From Mobula hypostoma (lineage: Eukaryota), in the NCBI RefSeq assembly GCF_963921235.1, contig NC_086108.1:104968001-105032000 (forward strand): DNA of 64,000 bases, in the 5' to 3' direction. Shown piece by piece: positions 11,501-25,280 of the stretch (its first letter is position 1; each line of letters opens with the position of its first letter). The position numbers and the translations under genes were made by a program. The notes under the pieces are model-generated. The model did no database searches. It had not been told where the DNA came from and saw only the letters and a list, made by a program, of their open reading frames with translations.

Positions 11501-12469
11501 TTCTTTGGCAGGTCGGTAATTTTGTGTGTTTCAGTGTGCCCTGTTTAATGAAAAATTATCATTCTGGTGAGTTTGGATAAGGAAGATTTGAGGAAATTGG
11601 AATATAAAACTGAGATTGGTTTTGCGATTTTGGATCGCCAGTTGTGAGATTGTACACAGTGGGCATGTGTGCCTGTATCTGTCGGCACTAGAATAGAAAA
11701 GGGCAAAGCACTGTCCAGGGACATTCACAGGGAGAAAAGAGAAAGTCACTTATTAACAGGCTGCTGGCTAATGCTGACTAATTCTATCATTTGCTTTTGA
11801 ACCTATTCATCTCTGTAACTTTGTCTAGTTTTTCACATATCCTTCTAAGCCCACTCTTTGAACCAGCACATGCCAGCAACTTTTAATGACCTGTAAATTT
11901 CTCTGAGGTGTATTTTTCGTTGTGGCACCAGAAGTATTTCAAGCCACTTTTCTAAGGTGAGGAGCGATATACTCAGTGGAAGGACTACAGCAGCAGAAGA
12001 TAGCGAACTTCTACTCAGTGGTCACTTTACAGGAGGTACCTAATGAAGTGGCCGTTGAGAATATAAATGCAATTTATTTTTACCATGGCTGGAGGTTATA
12101 GGCCAGACGCGTCACAGCTTCCATGATTTATTTCCAGTTCAGCTTTTGAAAAGATTAAGAGGAAAATTTTCTTTAGCCGGAGACTAGTGAATCTGTGGAA
12201 TTTGTTGCCATAGGCAGCTGTGGAGGCCAAATCTTTATGTATATTTAAGGCAGCGATTGAGAGATTTCTTAATTGGACAGGCCATGTAGGGATATCGAGG
12301 GAAGACAGGACAATAGGGCTGAGAGGGAAAAATTGGATCAGCCATGATGAAAAGGCAGAACAGACTCGATGGGCCAAACGGCCAATTCCGCTGCCGTGTC
12401 TTATGATCTTACGGTCTAAATTATTTGGATACAGTATATTAGTGTGATCACTTGAGCTAAGTGTGAAGT

Positions 12470-12740
12470 TCTCTTAAGGGGTTGTCTTTTGGAGGCCAAC
12501 ACAGGACCCACATATTCTGGTACAGAGTGGGCAAGAGTAAGTTGAGGCTATTGTTAGTGGTTGGGGGTCTTTTGGTTCTTCAGTCTCTCCTTTTGCAGCT
12601 GCTGCTTGTTCTCTGAAGCACAGCCAAGGTCACTCTTATGTAGCACAGCTCCCTCTTGAACAAATTTCCTCCAGATAAATCTGTTGACTGCCATACCTTC
12701 CCAGTTTTTAGATTTAATGCTGAATTTCTTCAGAATATAT
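12470..12740 (-). mobile_element. RTE-clade LINE 3' fragment
   Basis: LKKFSIKSKNWEGMAVNRFIWRKFVQEG followed by CPLCTRICGSCVGL, a terminal zinc-finger-like motif typical of RTE ORF ends. Confidence 0.7.
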
Positions 12741-13208
12741 GCAGTACTGTGCAAAATTCCTAGGCACACATACTGTATATAGCTGGGGCATGTAAGACTT
12801 TTGTACGGTACTGTATTGTCGACATGGAGCAGAGAGTGAGTTTGTAAATCTGTCCGGAGCAAAGGATGTTGGGAATGGTGAGGGCGCAGTGCCATGGTAG
12901 GGGTGTGGGACAGGTGGCAGAGAAGGAGTGCCAAGAATGGGAGGGTGGCATGGGTACAGACACACCCAACCCTGAGACACCAGGCAAAGTCATTTGATTG
13001 GATGCAATTGTTTTATTGATCATTACAGAATGCCTCCCTGGTGCTTCCTGCTCCCTCCCCAACTATGATTCACCTCTCCCTGCCCTTCCTACTCCCAGTC
13101 CACAACAGAGACCCATATCAGAATCAGGTTTATCATCACTCATATACGTCATGAAATTTGTTTCTTTTTTGGAGCAGCAACAGTACAGTGCAATACATAA
13201 AATTACTG

Positions 13209-13275
13209 CAGTACTGTGCAAAAGCCTTAGACATCCTAGCTATATATATGTGCCTAGGTCTTTTGCACAGTACTG
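13209..13275. mobile_element. Tiny palindromic Tc1-type MITE (also ~12742-12813 and ~14716-14793)
   Basis: cagtactgtgcaaaag...cttttgcacagtactg TIRs with a very short spacer. Confidence 0.7.
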
Positions 13276-15165
13276 TATGTGGATATATAATGGATAAATG
13301 ACTATATGAAATCGAATAACGTCATCAATAATGTCATCATCACCATGAAGAGTGGTGGTACGTGTGGAATTCCTCATTCTATTTCATCCAGTCATTTATC
13401 TAACCATCTATTCCTTACTCCTTTCTGTGTTTTCCAGCTAATTCCTAAGTCCATCTCTGTTACTTTCCTCAACATGTGTGGAATTCAATGTTACAGTCTC
13501 CTCCTCTGTCACATCATGCATAGCGCTTAATTATCAAAGCACCTTTCTCAGCAGATCCCAAACTGCTGGCCCCTAACCACCAAACAGGATGCTTACCGAT
13601 TGGAACATCACTGTCTGCATGTTCTCTTCCAAGACAAACACCTTCCTAACTCTGAAGTAGGTATGTCTTTCATAGTCATAGAGTCATAGAAAAGGACAAC
13701 ATAAAAACAGGCTCTTCAGGCTATTAGTCCGTGCCAAACCATTTAGACTACCTACTCCCATCATTAAAATGTTCCCACAACTAATGGACTCACTTTCAAG
13801 CAATCTTCATCTCATGTTCTCAATATTTTTTTTGCTTATTTAGTTATTACTATTGTTTCTTCCATTTGTTTTTGCACAGTTTGCTGCCTTCTGCACTCTG
13901 GTTGAACGCCCTAGTTGTACGGTCTTTCATTGATCCTGTTATGGTTATTTTTCTACACATTTGTTGAGTATGCACACAAGAAGATGAATATCAGAGTGTG
14001 TATGGTGACGTATATGTATTTTTTAAATAAACTTTACTTTGAACTTTGAGCTGCACCTGGACCATAGCCCTCCATACCCATACTGTCCATGAACCTATCC
14101 AAACTGCTCTTAAATATTTCATTGAGACAGAAGAAAAAAATAGAATGCAGAATACAGTGTAACAGCTACTGAGAAAATGCAGTGCAGGTAAACAATAAAG
14201 TGCAAGATCAGAACAAGGTAGAGCTGTCTACCCAATAGTAGTCCGAGAACTCCTTGATCTACCGAACTGAAGGCAGCTCATCCCTGCCTTGTCAAGGGCA
14301 ATTAGGTATGAACTTGTATCCAGCAAATGAATGAAAATAAAGCCCATTCCCTTACATAACAGATTCCCATTCTCACTACCCCAGAGTTGAAGAATTCTCT
14401 CTGCAATCAAAATCAGAATCTGCTTTATGCATTCGGAGATGCTCATTTGCACACCGCTGTTGTATCTCATGGTTATTTGAGTTGCTTTTGCCTTCCTGTC
14501 AGCTTGAACCAGTGTGGCCATTCTCCTTTGACTCCCTCATTAATAAGGCATTTTCACCTGCAGAACTGCTACACACTGGATGCTTTTTTTTTTGAACCAT
14601 TCCCTGTAAAGTCTAGAGGCTGTTGTGTATGAAAATCTCAAGAGATCAGGAGTATCTAATATATATGTCAGAAATTTATCATCAGAGTACATGCACGTCA
14701 CCACATTTATCTACAATACTGTGCAAAAGTCATAGGCACATAAACGTATATAGCTAGGGTGTCTAGGGTTTCTAAGACTTTTGCACAGTACTGCAGTAAT
14801 TTTGAGCATTGCACGGTGCTGTTGCCGCTCCAAAATAAAACAAATTTTATGGCATATGTGAGTGATGATTCTGATATGGGTCTCTATTGTGGACTGAGAG
14901 TGGGAGGGGGCAGGAAGAGTTGAATCATGGTTGGATCAAAGTAAGATTGCCTTAGGGACTCCAGGTCCAGAGTTTTCCTTTGGGGTTTATTTCCAAAGCC
15001 TTCCCCATGAGTGGGTTTAGCTGCTAGGCAGCAGAGGTTTGAGATCAGAGATTTCCTTCTCCTTGATGAGCTGCCAACCACAGCTGACAAGCACATCTGC
15101 ACAAAGTGACTGGTTTTAAAGCACTATGACAACTTTAAGGAGCCTATATATCAAAGTTCAAAATT

Positions 15166-15823
15166 CTTTTTTTTTAATTTTATTTTTATTTGGATAAGGA
15201 ATTCACAAATATCATGTACTTTTTTCACACATATAACCTTTTCCATTTCTTTATATGTATAAAACTACAATTATTTATACATTCTTAAGTACACATTGAG
15301 ATGATATAAAAGGAAAATAAACATTTAAATAGATAATTATGTACTGTGGTAAATCTAACCTATTAGGCTAAGTAATGAAATTAGTTGTTAAGAAAAATGG
15401 TAATAATAGTTTCCATACAACCCTTCTGGACCATTTCCACTGGTCCAAAATGTTGCATACAAGCCTATATACCAACCATTGTAAGTGTTTATATCCTAAT
15501 TTGTTCATGCTTGTTCCTGCCCACAGACATAATTATCCAATCCCTATGTACTTGTTTACTTAATTTTTTCATTTTTTTTATCCCTTTCCCAAATCTTTCC
15601 CTTTACTTGTGTTAATTCTCTATTTTCCAAAAAAAACAAACATTTAGACTAGGGGTGCTTACGTTAGCAATATTACTGTGTTGATGAGAAGAGCAATATA
15701 AATCATTAGGAGAGTCATCTAAAGTCTGCTCGCATTGGGGTTATATATTCAATCCATTTATTCCAGATTTGATAAAATCTTTCTTTTTGAGTTCTCAGGG
15801 AGTAAGTCAACTTTTCCATTTTC
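15166..15823 (-). mobile_element. L1-clade 3' fragment (last ORF2 codons, 3'UTR, poly-A)
   Basis: Minus strand reads KMEKLTYSLRTQKE and, after a frameshift, YQIWNKWIEYI. T-run at 15166-15177. It interrupts the tail of a Rex1-type fragment that continues at 15825-16300. Confidence 0.7.
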
Positions 15824-17889
15824 AGTACTTATAATCAGAGTACATACCTGTCACCACATACAACCCTGAGATTCTTTTTTTCTTTTTCTGCGGGCATACT
15901 TAGCAAATCTATAGAACAGGAACCTTAAACAGCATCTATGAACTGTAAACATCAGGAACTGTAAGCTGTAAGCAGACTGTGCAAATGCAGATAATAAATA
16001 AATAGCAATAAATAATTAGCATGACATAGCAAGATAAAAGAGTCCTTAAGTGAGTGTAGCTGTCTTGTTTTGTTCAAGAGCCTGATGGTTGAGGGGTAGT
16101 AACTGTCCCTGAACCTGATGGTGTGAGTCCTGAGGCACCCGTACCTTCTACCTGATGGCAGCAGTGAGAAAAGAGCATGGTCTGGGTGGTGAGGGTCTTT
16201 GACGATGGATACTGCTTTTCTACGGCAACGTTTCAAGTAGAAGTGCTCATTGGTTCAGAGGGTTTTACCCATTATGTACTGGGCTGAATCCACTACCTTT
16301 TGTATATACATTGTAATTTATAATTTTTTTAAATGTATTACACTGTACTGCAGCCTCAAACTAACAAATTTCATGCTATATGGCATCGATTATTAAACCT
16401 GATTCTGAGAAGAGGAATAGCGAGGTCATATTCTTTGTTTCATGGACAGTTTAGAAATCTGACGACGGAGTGGAAGAAGCTGTTCATAAGTCGCTGAGGG
16501 TCTTCAGGTGTCTGTACCTCTTCCCTGATGGTAATAATGAGAATGGCTTTCAAAGACTTAACAGTGGCTTTTTTTTTGTATTTTTGGAATAGTGTTAAAC
16601 CTTCTTAGTTGCAGTGATCTCTCTGTCGCTCTAAAAGCCTTCCCCAATGTTAGAGAGCTTGCTCCAAATGTATTTCAGTCTTCTATTGTCCAGAATAAAA
16701 GGCAGACTCCAGTTAGTCAGTTCTTTTAGGTTTAAACTTTTTGTTAGTCTCGTCATTGTGAATCCTGAGCTTTACCATCTTCATTGCTTCTAACCCCTGA
16801 TTTTTTAATACAGGGACCATATTTGCGATATGCTCTCCTGCTTATTTGTCAAATGTATTTTGACATGTTTACAAAAGTAATAGAAAATATGAGTCCGCGA
16901 CGCTCAAAACTGGGTCCCGAATCATTAATCATTCTTCTTTATATTTAATCATTGGACCAAAAAAGAAAGCAATAATGGGAGGACGATTCCAGGAAGAGCT
17001 CGAAATGACTCAGTTTTGTGTTGTACAAATCCTGTGTGTGCCCACCTCCATTTCAATGAGCTTTGCCAATATCCAGCAGATATATATTAGAGTTTCGGAC
17101 GCATAAACATTCAGCCAAAAGCCTTATTCCAACTCTCCTGCAATTAAAATTCTTTACACTTCTGACCTCAACTTCATATTTAGCCTTTCTGGCATAAAAA
17201 AGATTCAGACCCTGGGGACTGTGGTGATGTTATGTCTCCCAGTCATCGACAGTTGATCTAATATTGTGAATAATCTCAAGGAATTCTTCTCGGACTATGC
17301 AAATAACTCAGAACTACGCGGGGAGCTGATGAATGACTCGCAAGATGAGTCTAGACATTAAGTTATGCAATTGAGAGATAAACTTTGCAGTTTTTCCAGT
17401 CAAGTGTGTCGACACAGCCGTAAGCTAAAATGAAGTATTGAGAATAACTTTTAAAGTCCATGGTGAATACATTGAACATTAACTATGCTTTTGTAACCTG
17501 CAGACACGACTGATACTTGTCTTTCCATGTTCCATTCTCTGTAAGTACAGAACTCTAATGTTAGCGACCCATCCCTTGCAAAGCTCCTAGGCGACCTTAC
17601 AGAAGTCATAGACCACTACGGCAAAGAGGAAGGCCCATCAGCCCATCTAAACCACTGCTCGCTGTAAGGAGTTTGTTCGCTGTCCCCGTGACTGCGTGGG
17701 TTTCCTTCGGGTGCTCTGGTTTCCTCCCACAGTCCAAAGACAAGCCAGTTGGCAGGTTAATTGGTCATTGTAAATTGTCCTGTGATTAGGCCAGGGTCAA
17801 ATCGGGGGTTGCTGGGTGACGCAGCTTGAAAGGGAGGAAGGCTCTGTTCCGCGTTGTATCTCAATTAATAAATAAACAAACAAACAAAT

Positions 17890-18800
17890 AATCCATACCG
17901 AACTGTTATTCTATCTAATCCCCTTGATCTGGACCATGACCACAGCCCACCATTCATGTCCCATCCACATACTTAACCGAAACTCTCTAAAAAGCTGCAA
18001 TCCTCCACTTTTGTTGACAGCTCATTTCTCTCTCTGATTGAAGAAGTTTCCCCTCAGGTTAAACTTTTACAATTAATGATCTCTAGTTCAAATCTCACCC
18101 AACCTCAGTGGAAAAAGCCTACATGCATTAACCATATCTATACCCCTCATAATTTTGTATACCTCTATCAAATCTCCTCTCATTCTCCAGTGCTCCAGAG
18201 CATAAAGTCACAGCCAATGCGACCTTTCCCAACAGCTTATGTCCTCAAGTCCTGGCAACTTCGTTGTAAGTTTTCTCTGTACTCTTTCAATCTTATTGAT
18301 ACCTTTCCAGTAGGTAAGTGACCAGAACCGTACATAATACTTCAAATTAGATCTCAATGTCTTATACAACTTCAACATAACATCACATCTCCTGTACTCA
18401 ATAAATTGATTTTTGAAGGCCAATGTGTCAAAAGTTCTCTTTACAAACCTATTCACCTGAGATTCCACTTTCAAGGAATGATGGATCCCTATTCCCAAAT
18501 CTCTCATTCTGCTGCACTCCTCAATGCCCTATAAGACCTTGGTTTCGATCTACTGAAATGCAAATCCTCACACTTGTCTGCATTAAATTCCATCTGTCAT
18601 TTTTCCAGCTGGTCTAGATCTCACTGCAAGTTCTGATAGTCTTCCTCACCATCGACTACACCCCCAATCTTGGTGCCATCTGCAAATTTGGTGATCCACA
18701 TCCAGATCATTGATATAGATGCCAAACAACAATAGATACAGCACTGATCGCTGGTTTGTTTTTTCCCAAAGTGCAACACCTCATGTTTATCTGCACTGAG
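17890..18800 (-). mobile_element. Old CR1 fragment
   Basis: RDLGIGIHHSLKV..MLKLYKTL..YYVRFWS..IERVQRK in the ORF track. Confidence 0.75.
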
Positions 18801-21540
18801 TATTTATAATAGTGAGAGATATAGATACAGGTGTCTGGTGGATATACATCTTTACCAAAGGAGGTGTAAGACGCTCCTTCCCTCCGCTAGCCTGCAGGTC
18901 ACCCTTGGGCAAGATGTACGACCTGCTTAGTCACCTCCCTCCTTAATCAGAGTCATGTGAAGTCATGGGTGCAGGTGGTAGATGGTCGTATGAGTAGCTG
19001 GTGCATATCACAAGTCCTGGTTATGTGACCACTGACGTCAGGCAGACAATCTCTGAAGAGTATTGATAATGACTGGGGCCACCCCTCTTGTAAAGACACT
19101 GCCCAGAAGAAGGCAATGGCAAACCAATTCTGTGGAAAAATTTGCCAAGAACGATCATGGTCGTGGAAAGACCTTCGTCGCCCATGTCACACGACGAATG
19201 AGATAAGGTGGGTGGTAACAGGCTTTCCCGCAGGGTAGGGGAGTCCAGAACTAGGGAGCAGAGATTTAGGATTAGAAGGGAAAGATTTAAAAGGGATCTA
19301 AAAGGTAGTTTTTCACAAGGAGCCTGGTGAGTGTACGGAATGAGCTGCCAGACAGGTGGCTAGAAGCAAGTAAAACAGTACCATTTAAGAAGCAGACATC
19401 AGGCCTCTAACTTCCAGTCATGAAGACCAGGGGGCTTCCAACTTTTGAACCCAGGTGGCTGGAACTGTAAGGCGGCACTTCAACAGCAGCACCACTATGT
19501 TGACCGCAGTTGCCGATAATGTGGGTCTACATGTTGAAAACATTGTAGTGGAAGAGGTGGTCCATAGCGGTTCTTGTTGACGGAAGGTTAGGACTGAGCA
19601 GGTTAGTGTACAAACCAGATGGTTGTAGGGAAATGGCTGTTCCTGAGCCTTATGTGGAAACACCAATGCCATTGAATGGAATATCCCACAAAAAGTAATG
19701 GATGTGGCCCAGTCCATCACGGGGAAAGCCCTCCCCACCATTGAGCACATCTACATGAAATGCTGTTGCGGGAAAGCAGCATTCATCATCAGGGACCCCG
19801 ACCATACAGGACTTGTTCACTTCTCATTGCTGAAGGTACAAGAGCCTCAGGACTCACATCACCAGGTTCAGGAACAGTTATTACCCCTCAGCCATCAGGC
19901 TCTGAACAAAAGGGGATAGCTACACTTAATTTCACTTGCCACATCATTGAAATGTTCACACAACCAATGGACTTTCAAAGACTCTTCATCTCATGTCCTC
20001 AGTACTTATTGCTGATTTATTTATTATTATTATTTCTTCTTTTCTGCATTGGCACAGTTTGTTCTCTTCAGCACTCTGGTTGAATGGTCTAGTTGTGCAG
20101 TCTTTCATTGATTCTGTTACAGTTATTATTCTATAGATTTGTTATGTATGCCACAAGTAAATGAATCACAGGTTTGTTTATGGTGACATAGAAGTTGTAC
20201 TTTGATCCCAAATTTACTTTGGACTTTGGTGTTGTGAGAGGGCAGGCCTCTGCATGCCCTGCCTAACGGCAGAAGCACAGAAAGGAGATAACGGTGATGA
20301 ATTTAATTCATTCAGCCGCGTAGGAAAAATCATTTGGCATATTTAACGGGAGCTTGATAGGTGCAAGTTAATTATTATCAGATTTTCTTCCCTGAGGCAG
20401 TTAATCTGATCAACCATTCTATTTAGCACCCTCATCCCCCCTATCTGTTACCTCAGTAACTACCTTGCGCTGTAAACACTTTAAACCATTGTTTACAATG
20501 TTTGTTTGCATTGTAAGTACATGCTGGTATTTATGTGTTTATGCACATTTTTCCATATCCATACTTTAACCTCTAACTTTATTTTTATACAATTATTTAT
20601 GCTTTACAATTGTTGAATGTTGCTGTATTTTGTTGCATGTCGTGCCAACACACCACAGTGCACATAAGATGGTGCCAAATGGCTGCTCCTTCAAGCCCAT
20701 CTGTGGAAACAGCTTAAATTCATCTCTTTAATGTCACTTTTTTTTCTTTTCAAGGTGGCAGGAGCTCTGTCGAAGTCTGTGATCTGCACTGGCACTCAAA
20801 CTGCAGTTTTTCACAGCAGATGAGTTCCCGCTCCTGAAGATCACTGGCCGGCTGTGTTTGCGACATTCTCCAGGAGCGGCCTGGAAGACGCACACCTCCA
20901 GTGGACGACCGATTCCAGGCTAGTGCCGCCGACTGAACACGGCAGGAGAAGGAACATCAGAATTTTGCAGCGGCGGATACTATGGATGGAGGTCTCTGTA
21001 GTCGAGCAATCGTTCTCTCTCCCTCTTTCTCTCGATGTGGGGAGACTTTGATACCAATTCTCGAGTTGGAGAAGCTTAGAATAAATCCCAGATTGTAACA
21101 TCCTACCAGCAACTGTTTGTTGGTCTCCCCCTTCACTGTGAAATGGATGGCATCCCTCTGTCCCTAGTTAGTGAGAGAGAGAGCCTGTGGCATGTCGAAC
21201 CATCCGGTAAACAATAGTTTTTGTTGACTGCAGATCATGGTCTCTCCTTGGGTGCTTTGCTGTTATGTTGCAGGTGGTGGGCACTGATGCTTTTTGCTAA
21301 AATGGTTGAGGAGTGGAGATTGATGTTCTACTGCTGCTTGTGTGGAGGAGGGGGAGGGAGGGCTTTGAGGTCGTCGTGTTTTTCTGCTGTTCATTCTTTT
21401 GGGGTTCTCTTCTGATTTTCATGGATGTCTGTGAAGAGTAAGAATTTCAAGTTGTATACTGTATTATTTGAATTCCTAATACATGCACATGCCACTGGGT
21501 ATACTTAAAGTGGAGCTTTAATTAGTAAGGGCTTCAATAG

Positions 21541-21771
21541 TGTTGGGCACGTGGCCAAGTGGTTAAGGCGTTCGTCTAGTTACCTCAAGGTCGCTGGTTC
21601 GAGCCTCAGCTGTGGCAGCGTGTTTGTGCCCTTGAGCAAGGCACTTAATCACACACTGCTCTAGTCTCTGCGAGGAGTGGCGCCCCACACAGACTTCCAA
21701 TCTGCGCCTTGTAAGGCATGAAAATGCCCGACGCAGGCCTCTCATGGTCTGAGTCGACGTTCCCTCCCTCC
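21541..21771 (+). mobile_element. tRNA-derived SINE with CORE-like domain, full length
   Basis: A box TGGCCAAGTGG (21552-21562), B box GGTTCGAGCC (21596-21605), cccttgagcaaggcacttaa core; TSD cttcaatag at 21532-21540 and 21772-21780. Confidence 0.85.
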
Positions 21772-22663
21772 CTTCAATAGATACGGGGAGAAGGCAGGAG
21801 AACGTTGATGAGAGGGATAATAAATCATGATGGGATGGTGGAGCAGACTCAATGGGTCAAATGGCCTAATTGTGCTCCTTTATCTTAAGGGCATGATCAA
21901 ATAAAAATACATGGCAAATAAAAATTATCTTTGATCCTTGATGGCTGGCACCTCATCCCAACTTCCCTTTTCCAAAGTCATTCCTGCCTGTAACTCACTT
22001 CCCTTGGCCTAACTCTTTGACCAGATTATCAGTTTCCTGCCAGAATGCACCTGAGTTAAGATAGTTGTCCATTTGACCAGATTCAGTGCTTTACTACGAG
22101 AGTGGGAGAACTCCCTGTCCCCTTTAATATGAGGTGATAGTTTCATGTATTAACAAGCAGAAATGCTGTGTTGCACAGGAGAGTGGAAAGATTGAAATTT
22201 GTAGCCAGAGAAGGGTTCCGATATCAGTATCAGCAGTCAGAAGTGAATGCAAATTTCAATGGGCAGGATGAAAATGCATTTCAATTCTTTTCCAAGTTTG
22301 TGCTTAGTGATAAGAGGCTTGGAAACATGTGCCTTTGAAGATAAGGCATGAAATAACACAGGATTTTGTAAATATAGTATCAGGTTTGATTGGCTGTATG
22401 TTTTTGAGGAGAAACTGGGCTCTTTCTTTGTGTGGGATTGCCTGTCGGGTGATCTATTGCTTTAATATTGTCTGCCAATTTAGCTGGCACCAAGTCGAGT
22501 ACAGATAAATGTAATGGACAAAGACTGTAAAACTAACTCCCTTCCTTGTGTAAACAGAGAAACCCTACTGATTGCTTTCTTTACATGACCATTATGATTG
22601 GCATGATTAATAATGCGAGTACTGTGGGGATATTACAAAGAAATGATTTGCCTTCAAGATAGA

Positions 22664-23998
22664 CACTCAGAGGTCACTTTATTAGTACCTGAATGTATGT
22701 CCGTGGTCTTCTGCTGTTGTAGCCCATCCATTTCAAGTTTTGATGTGTTGTACATCTAGGGATGCTCTTCTGCACACCTGTTGTTACATTAGCTTCTCGA
22801 GTTAGTGTCGTTTTTCTGTCAGCTTGAAACAGGCCGGCCATTCTCTTCTGACCTCTCACATTATCAAATCACAAACAGGAAATTCTGCAGGTGTTGGAAG
22901 TGCATAGCAGCATGCACAAATTGGTGCCCCGTGTACCTATTAAAGTGGACACTGAGCGTACATCTGTGATCTTTTGCTGCCGTAGCACAGCGGTCCCCAA
23001 CCACCGGGCCACAAAGCATGTGCTACCGGGCCACGAGGAAACGATTTGGCGATATGAAACAATATGAGCCAGCTGCACCTTTCCTCATTCCCTGTCACGC
23101 ACTGTTGAACTTGAAATAACCTACCAAATCATACCAGTAACACATAAAACCTAAAATAACACTAACATATAGTAAAAGCAGGAATGATATGATAAATGCA
23201 CAGCCTATATAAAGTAGAAATAATGTATGTACAGTGTAGTTTCACTTAGCAGGATGGGGAAGATTAAGCCAAAACTGATTTGTAGAAAAAAAAATCGGCA
23301 CGTCACGCATGCACACACAGATGCCCACGCAAGACTTCATGGTCATGGTAGTCTTTCTCGGGGTAAACACAAATGCCCCGTATTTGACTGCTACTTTTGT
23401 CCCTTATTTGGGAGTGAGAAAGTTTGCAACCCTACTTGAACACCCCCCAACGGTTGGCTGGTCCGCAAGAATATTGTCAATATTAAACCGGTCTGCGGTG
23501 CAAAAAAGGTTGGGGACCCCTGCTGTAGCCCATTCACTTCAAAGACAACATGTTGTACATTCAGAGATGCTCTCTGCACACCACTCTTGTAATGTATGGT
23601 TATTTGAGTTACTGTCACCTTCCTGTCAGCTTGGACCAGTCTGGTCATTCTCCTCTGACCCCTCTCATTAACAAGGCATTTTCGCCCACAGAACTGTCGC
23701 TCGCTGGACATCGTTTGTTTTTTGCACATTCTCTGTAAAATCTGTAGAGACTGTTGTGCGAGAAAATCTCAGGAGATCAGCAGTTTCTGGGATATGCAAA
23801 GCACTCCGTTGAGCACCAAGAGTCAATCCGCAGTCAAAGATCACGTTTCTTCCCCGTTCTGATGCTCGGTCTGAACATCAACGGGACTGAATGCCTGCAA
23901 GCTTTCATGCATTGGGTTGCTACCACATGACTGGCTGATTAGATATTTGCATTAACGAGCTGTTCTACGGAGGTACCTAATAAATTGGCCACTGAGTA
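22664..23998 (-). mobile_element. Tc1-family deletion derivative(s) with N-terminal transposase remnant
   Basis: TIR of the type cactcagtggccactttattaggtac. Translation GRKCLVNERGQRRMTRLVQADRK..TQIT and MGYNSRRP. Other pieces at ~474-530, 11970-12062, 14420-14650, 32349-32803, 35738-35998 and 63688-64000. Confidence 0.8.
22988..23522. mobile_element. hAT (Charlie-like) MITE nested in the Tc1 remnant
   Basis: TIRs cagcggtccccaacc / ggttggggacccctg; imperfect 8-bp TSD ccgtagca / ctgtagcc. Confidence 0.8.
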
Positions 23999-24980
23999 TA
24001 TGCACAGTGCCTTTCACAATCCCACAATGGCAAAAGGAGAGCCATTGAAACAGTACAAGAACCATGTCAGTCAGTTAGCGCTGTGGACTGCCCCTGAGCA
24101 CAGTCATATGATGGAAGAGCAGGGTTGGGCTATTCAGCTGATCAAAGATGCTCCAGCATTACATCATGGCTGATTTATTATCCCACCCTGTCCCATTCTC
24201 CTGCCTTCTCCCTGTAAATGATCAACCTCTGCTTTTAAAATACCCAACGTTTTGGTTTTCGCAGACGTCTGTGGCTATGAATTCCACAGATTCACCACCC
24301 TCTGGAAAAAGATTTCTTCTTCATCTCTTTTCTAAAGGGATGCCCTTCTACTCTGAGGCTATGCCTGCTGGTCTTAGACTCCCCTACTGTAGGAAACATC
24401 TCCACATCCACTCTATCTAGGTCTTTCAATATTCGATAGGTTTCATAGAAATAGAAATTTACAGCTCATTACAGGCCCTTCGGCCCACAATGTTGTACCA
24501 ACCATGTAACCTACATGAGGTATGAAATTTCAATGAGATTTTCTCATTATTCTTCTAAACTCCAGCTAGTACAGGCCTAGATCCATCAAACGCTCCTGAT
24601 AGATTAACCTTTCATCCCCTTGATCATTGGCCTGAAGCTCCTCTAGACCCTCACCTATGCCAGCACAGCTCTAGGATTGTGTTGGATGTTGCTGCAGAAC
24701 CACTCCTTTCACTGTATGTTTTGACGAACAGGTGACAAATTTAAGATTCAAGATTATTTATTGTCATTCTTCAGGAAAGGGGAGAAAATAATTGTTACTC
24801 TGGATCTGATGCAGCATTAAAAAAAAACACGATAGTGTAGTGGTTAGCACAATGGTTTACAGTACCATCAACCCAGGTTCAATTCCCACTGCTGCATGTA
24901 AGGAGTCTGTACATTCTCCCCGTGACTGCGTGGGTTTCCTCCAGGTACTCTAGTTTCCTCCGACAGTCCAAAGATATACC

Positions 24981-25280
24981 GTTAGTCTTGCGAGACCATG
25001 GATCTGTGCCTGGAAAGTCTTCACTCTCCAGGGCGCAGGCCTGGGCAAGGTTGTATGGAAGACCAGCAGTTGCCCATGCTGCAAGTCTCCCCTCTCCACG
25101 ACACCAATGTTGTCCAAGGGAAGGGCATTAGGACCCATACAGCTTGGCACCAGTGTCGTCGCAGAGCAATGTGTGATTAAGTGCCTTGCTCAAGGACACA
25201 ACATGTTGCCTTGGCTGGGGCTCAAACTCATGACCTTCAGGTCGCTAGTCCAATGCCTTAACCACTTGGCCACGTACCCA
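24981..25280 (-). mobile_element. tRNA/CORE-like SINE nested in a V-SINE
   Basis: Same head as 21541-21660 but a different tail; TSD caaagatrtacc at 24969-24980 and 25281-25292. Confidence 0.85.

Noticed and set aside
21545..21615. tRNA gene
   Set aside because: A and B boxes are present, but they are followed by a SINE core and tail and flanked by a TSD, so this is a SINE head.
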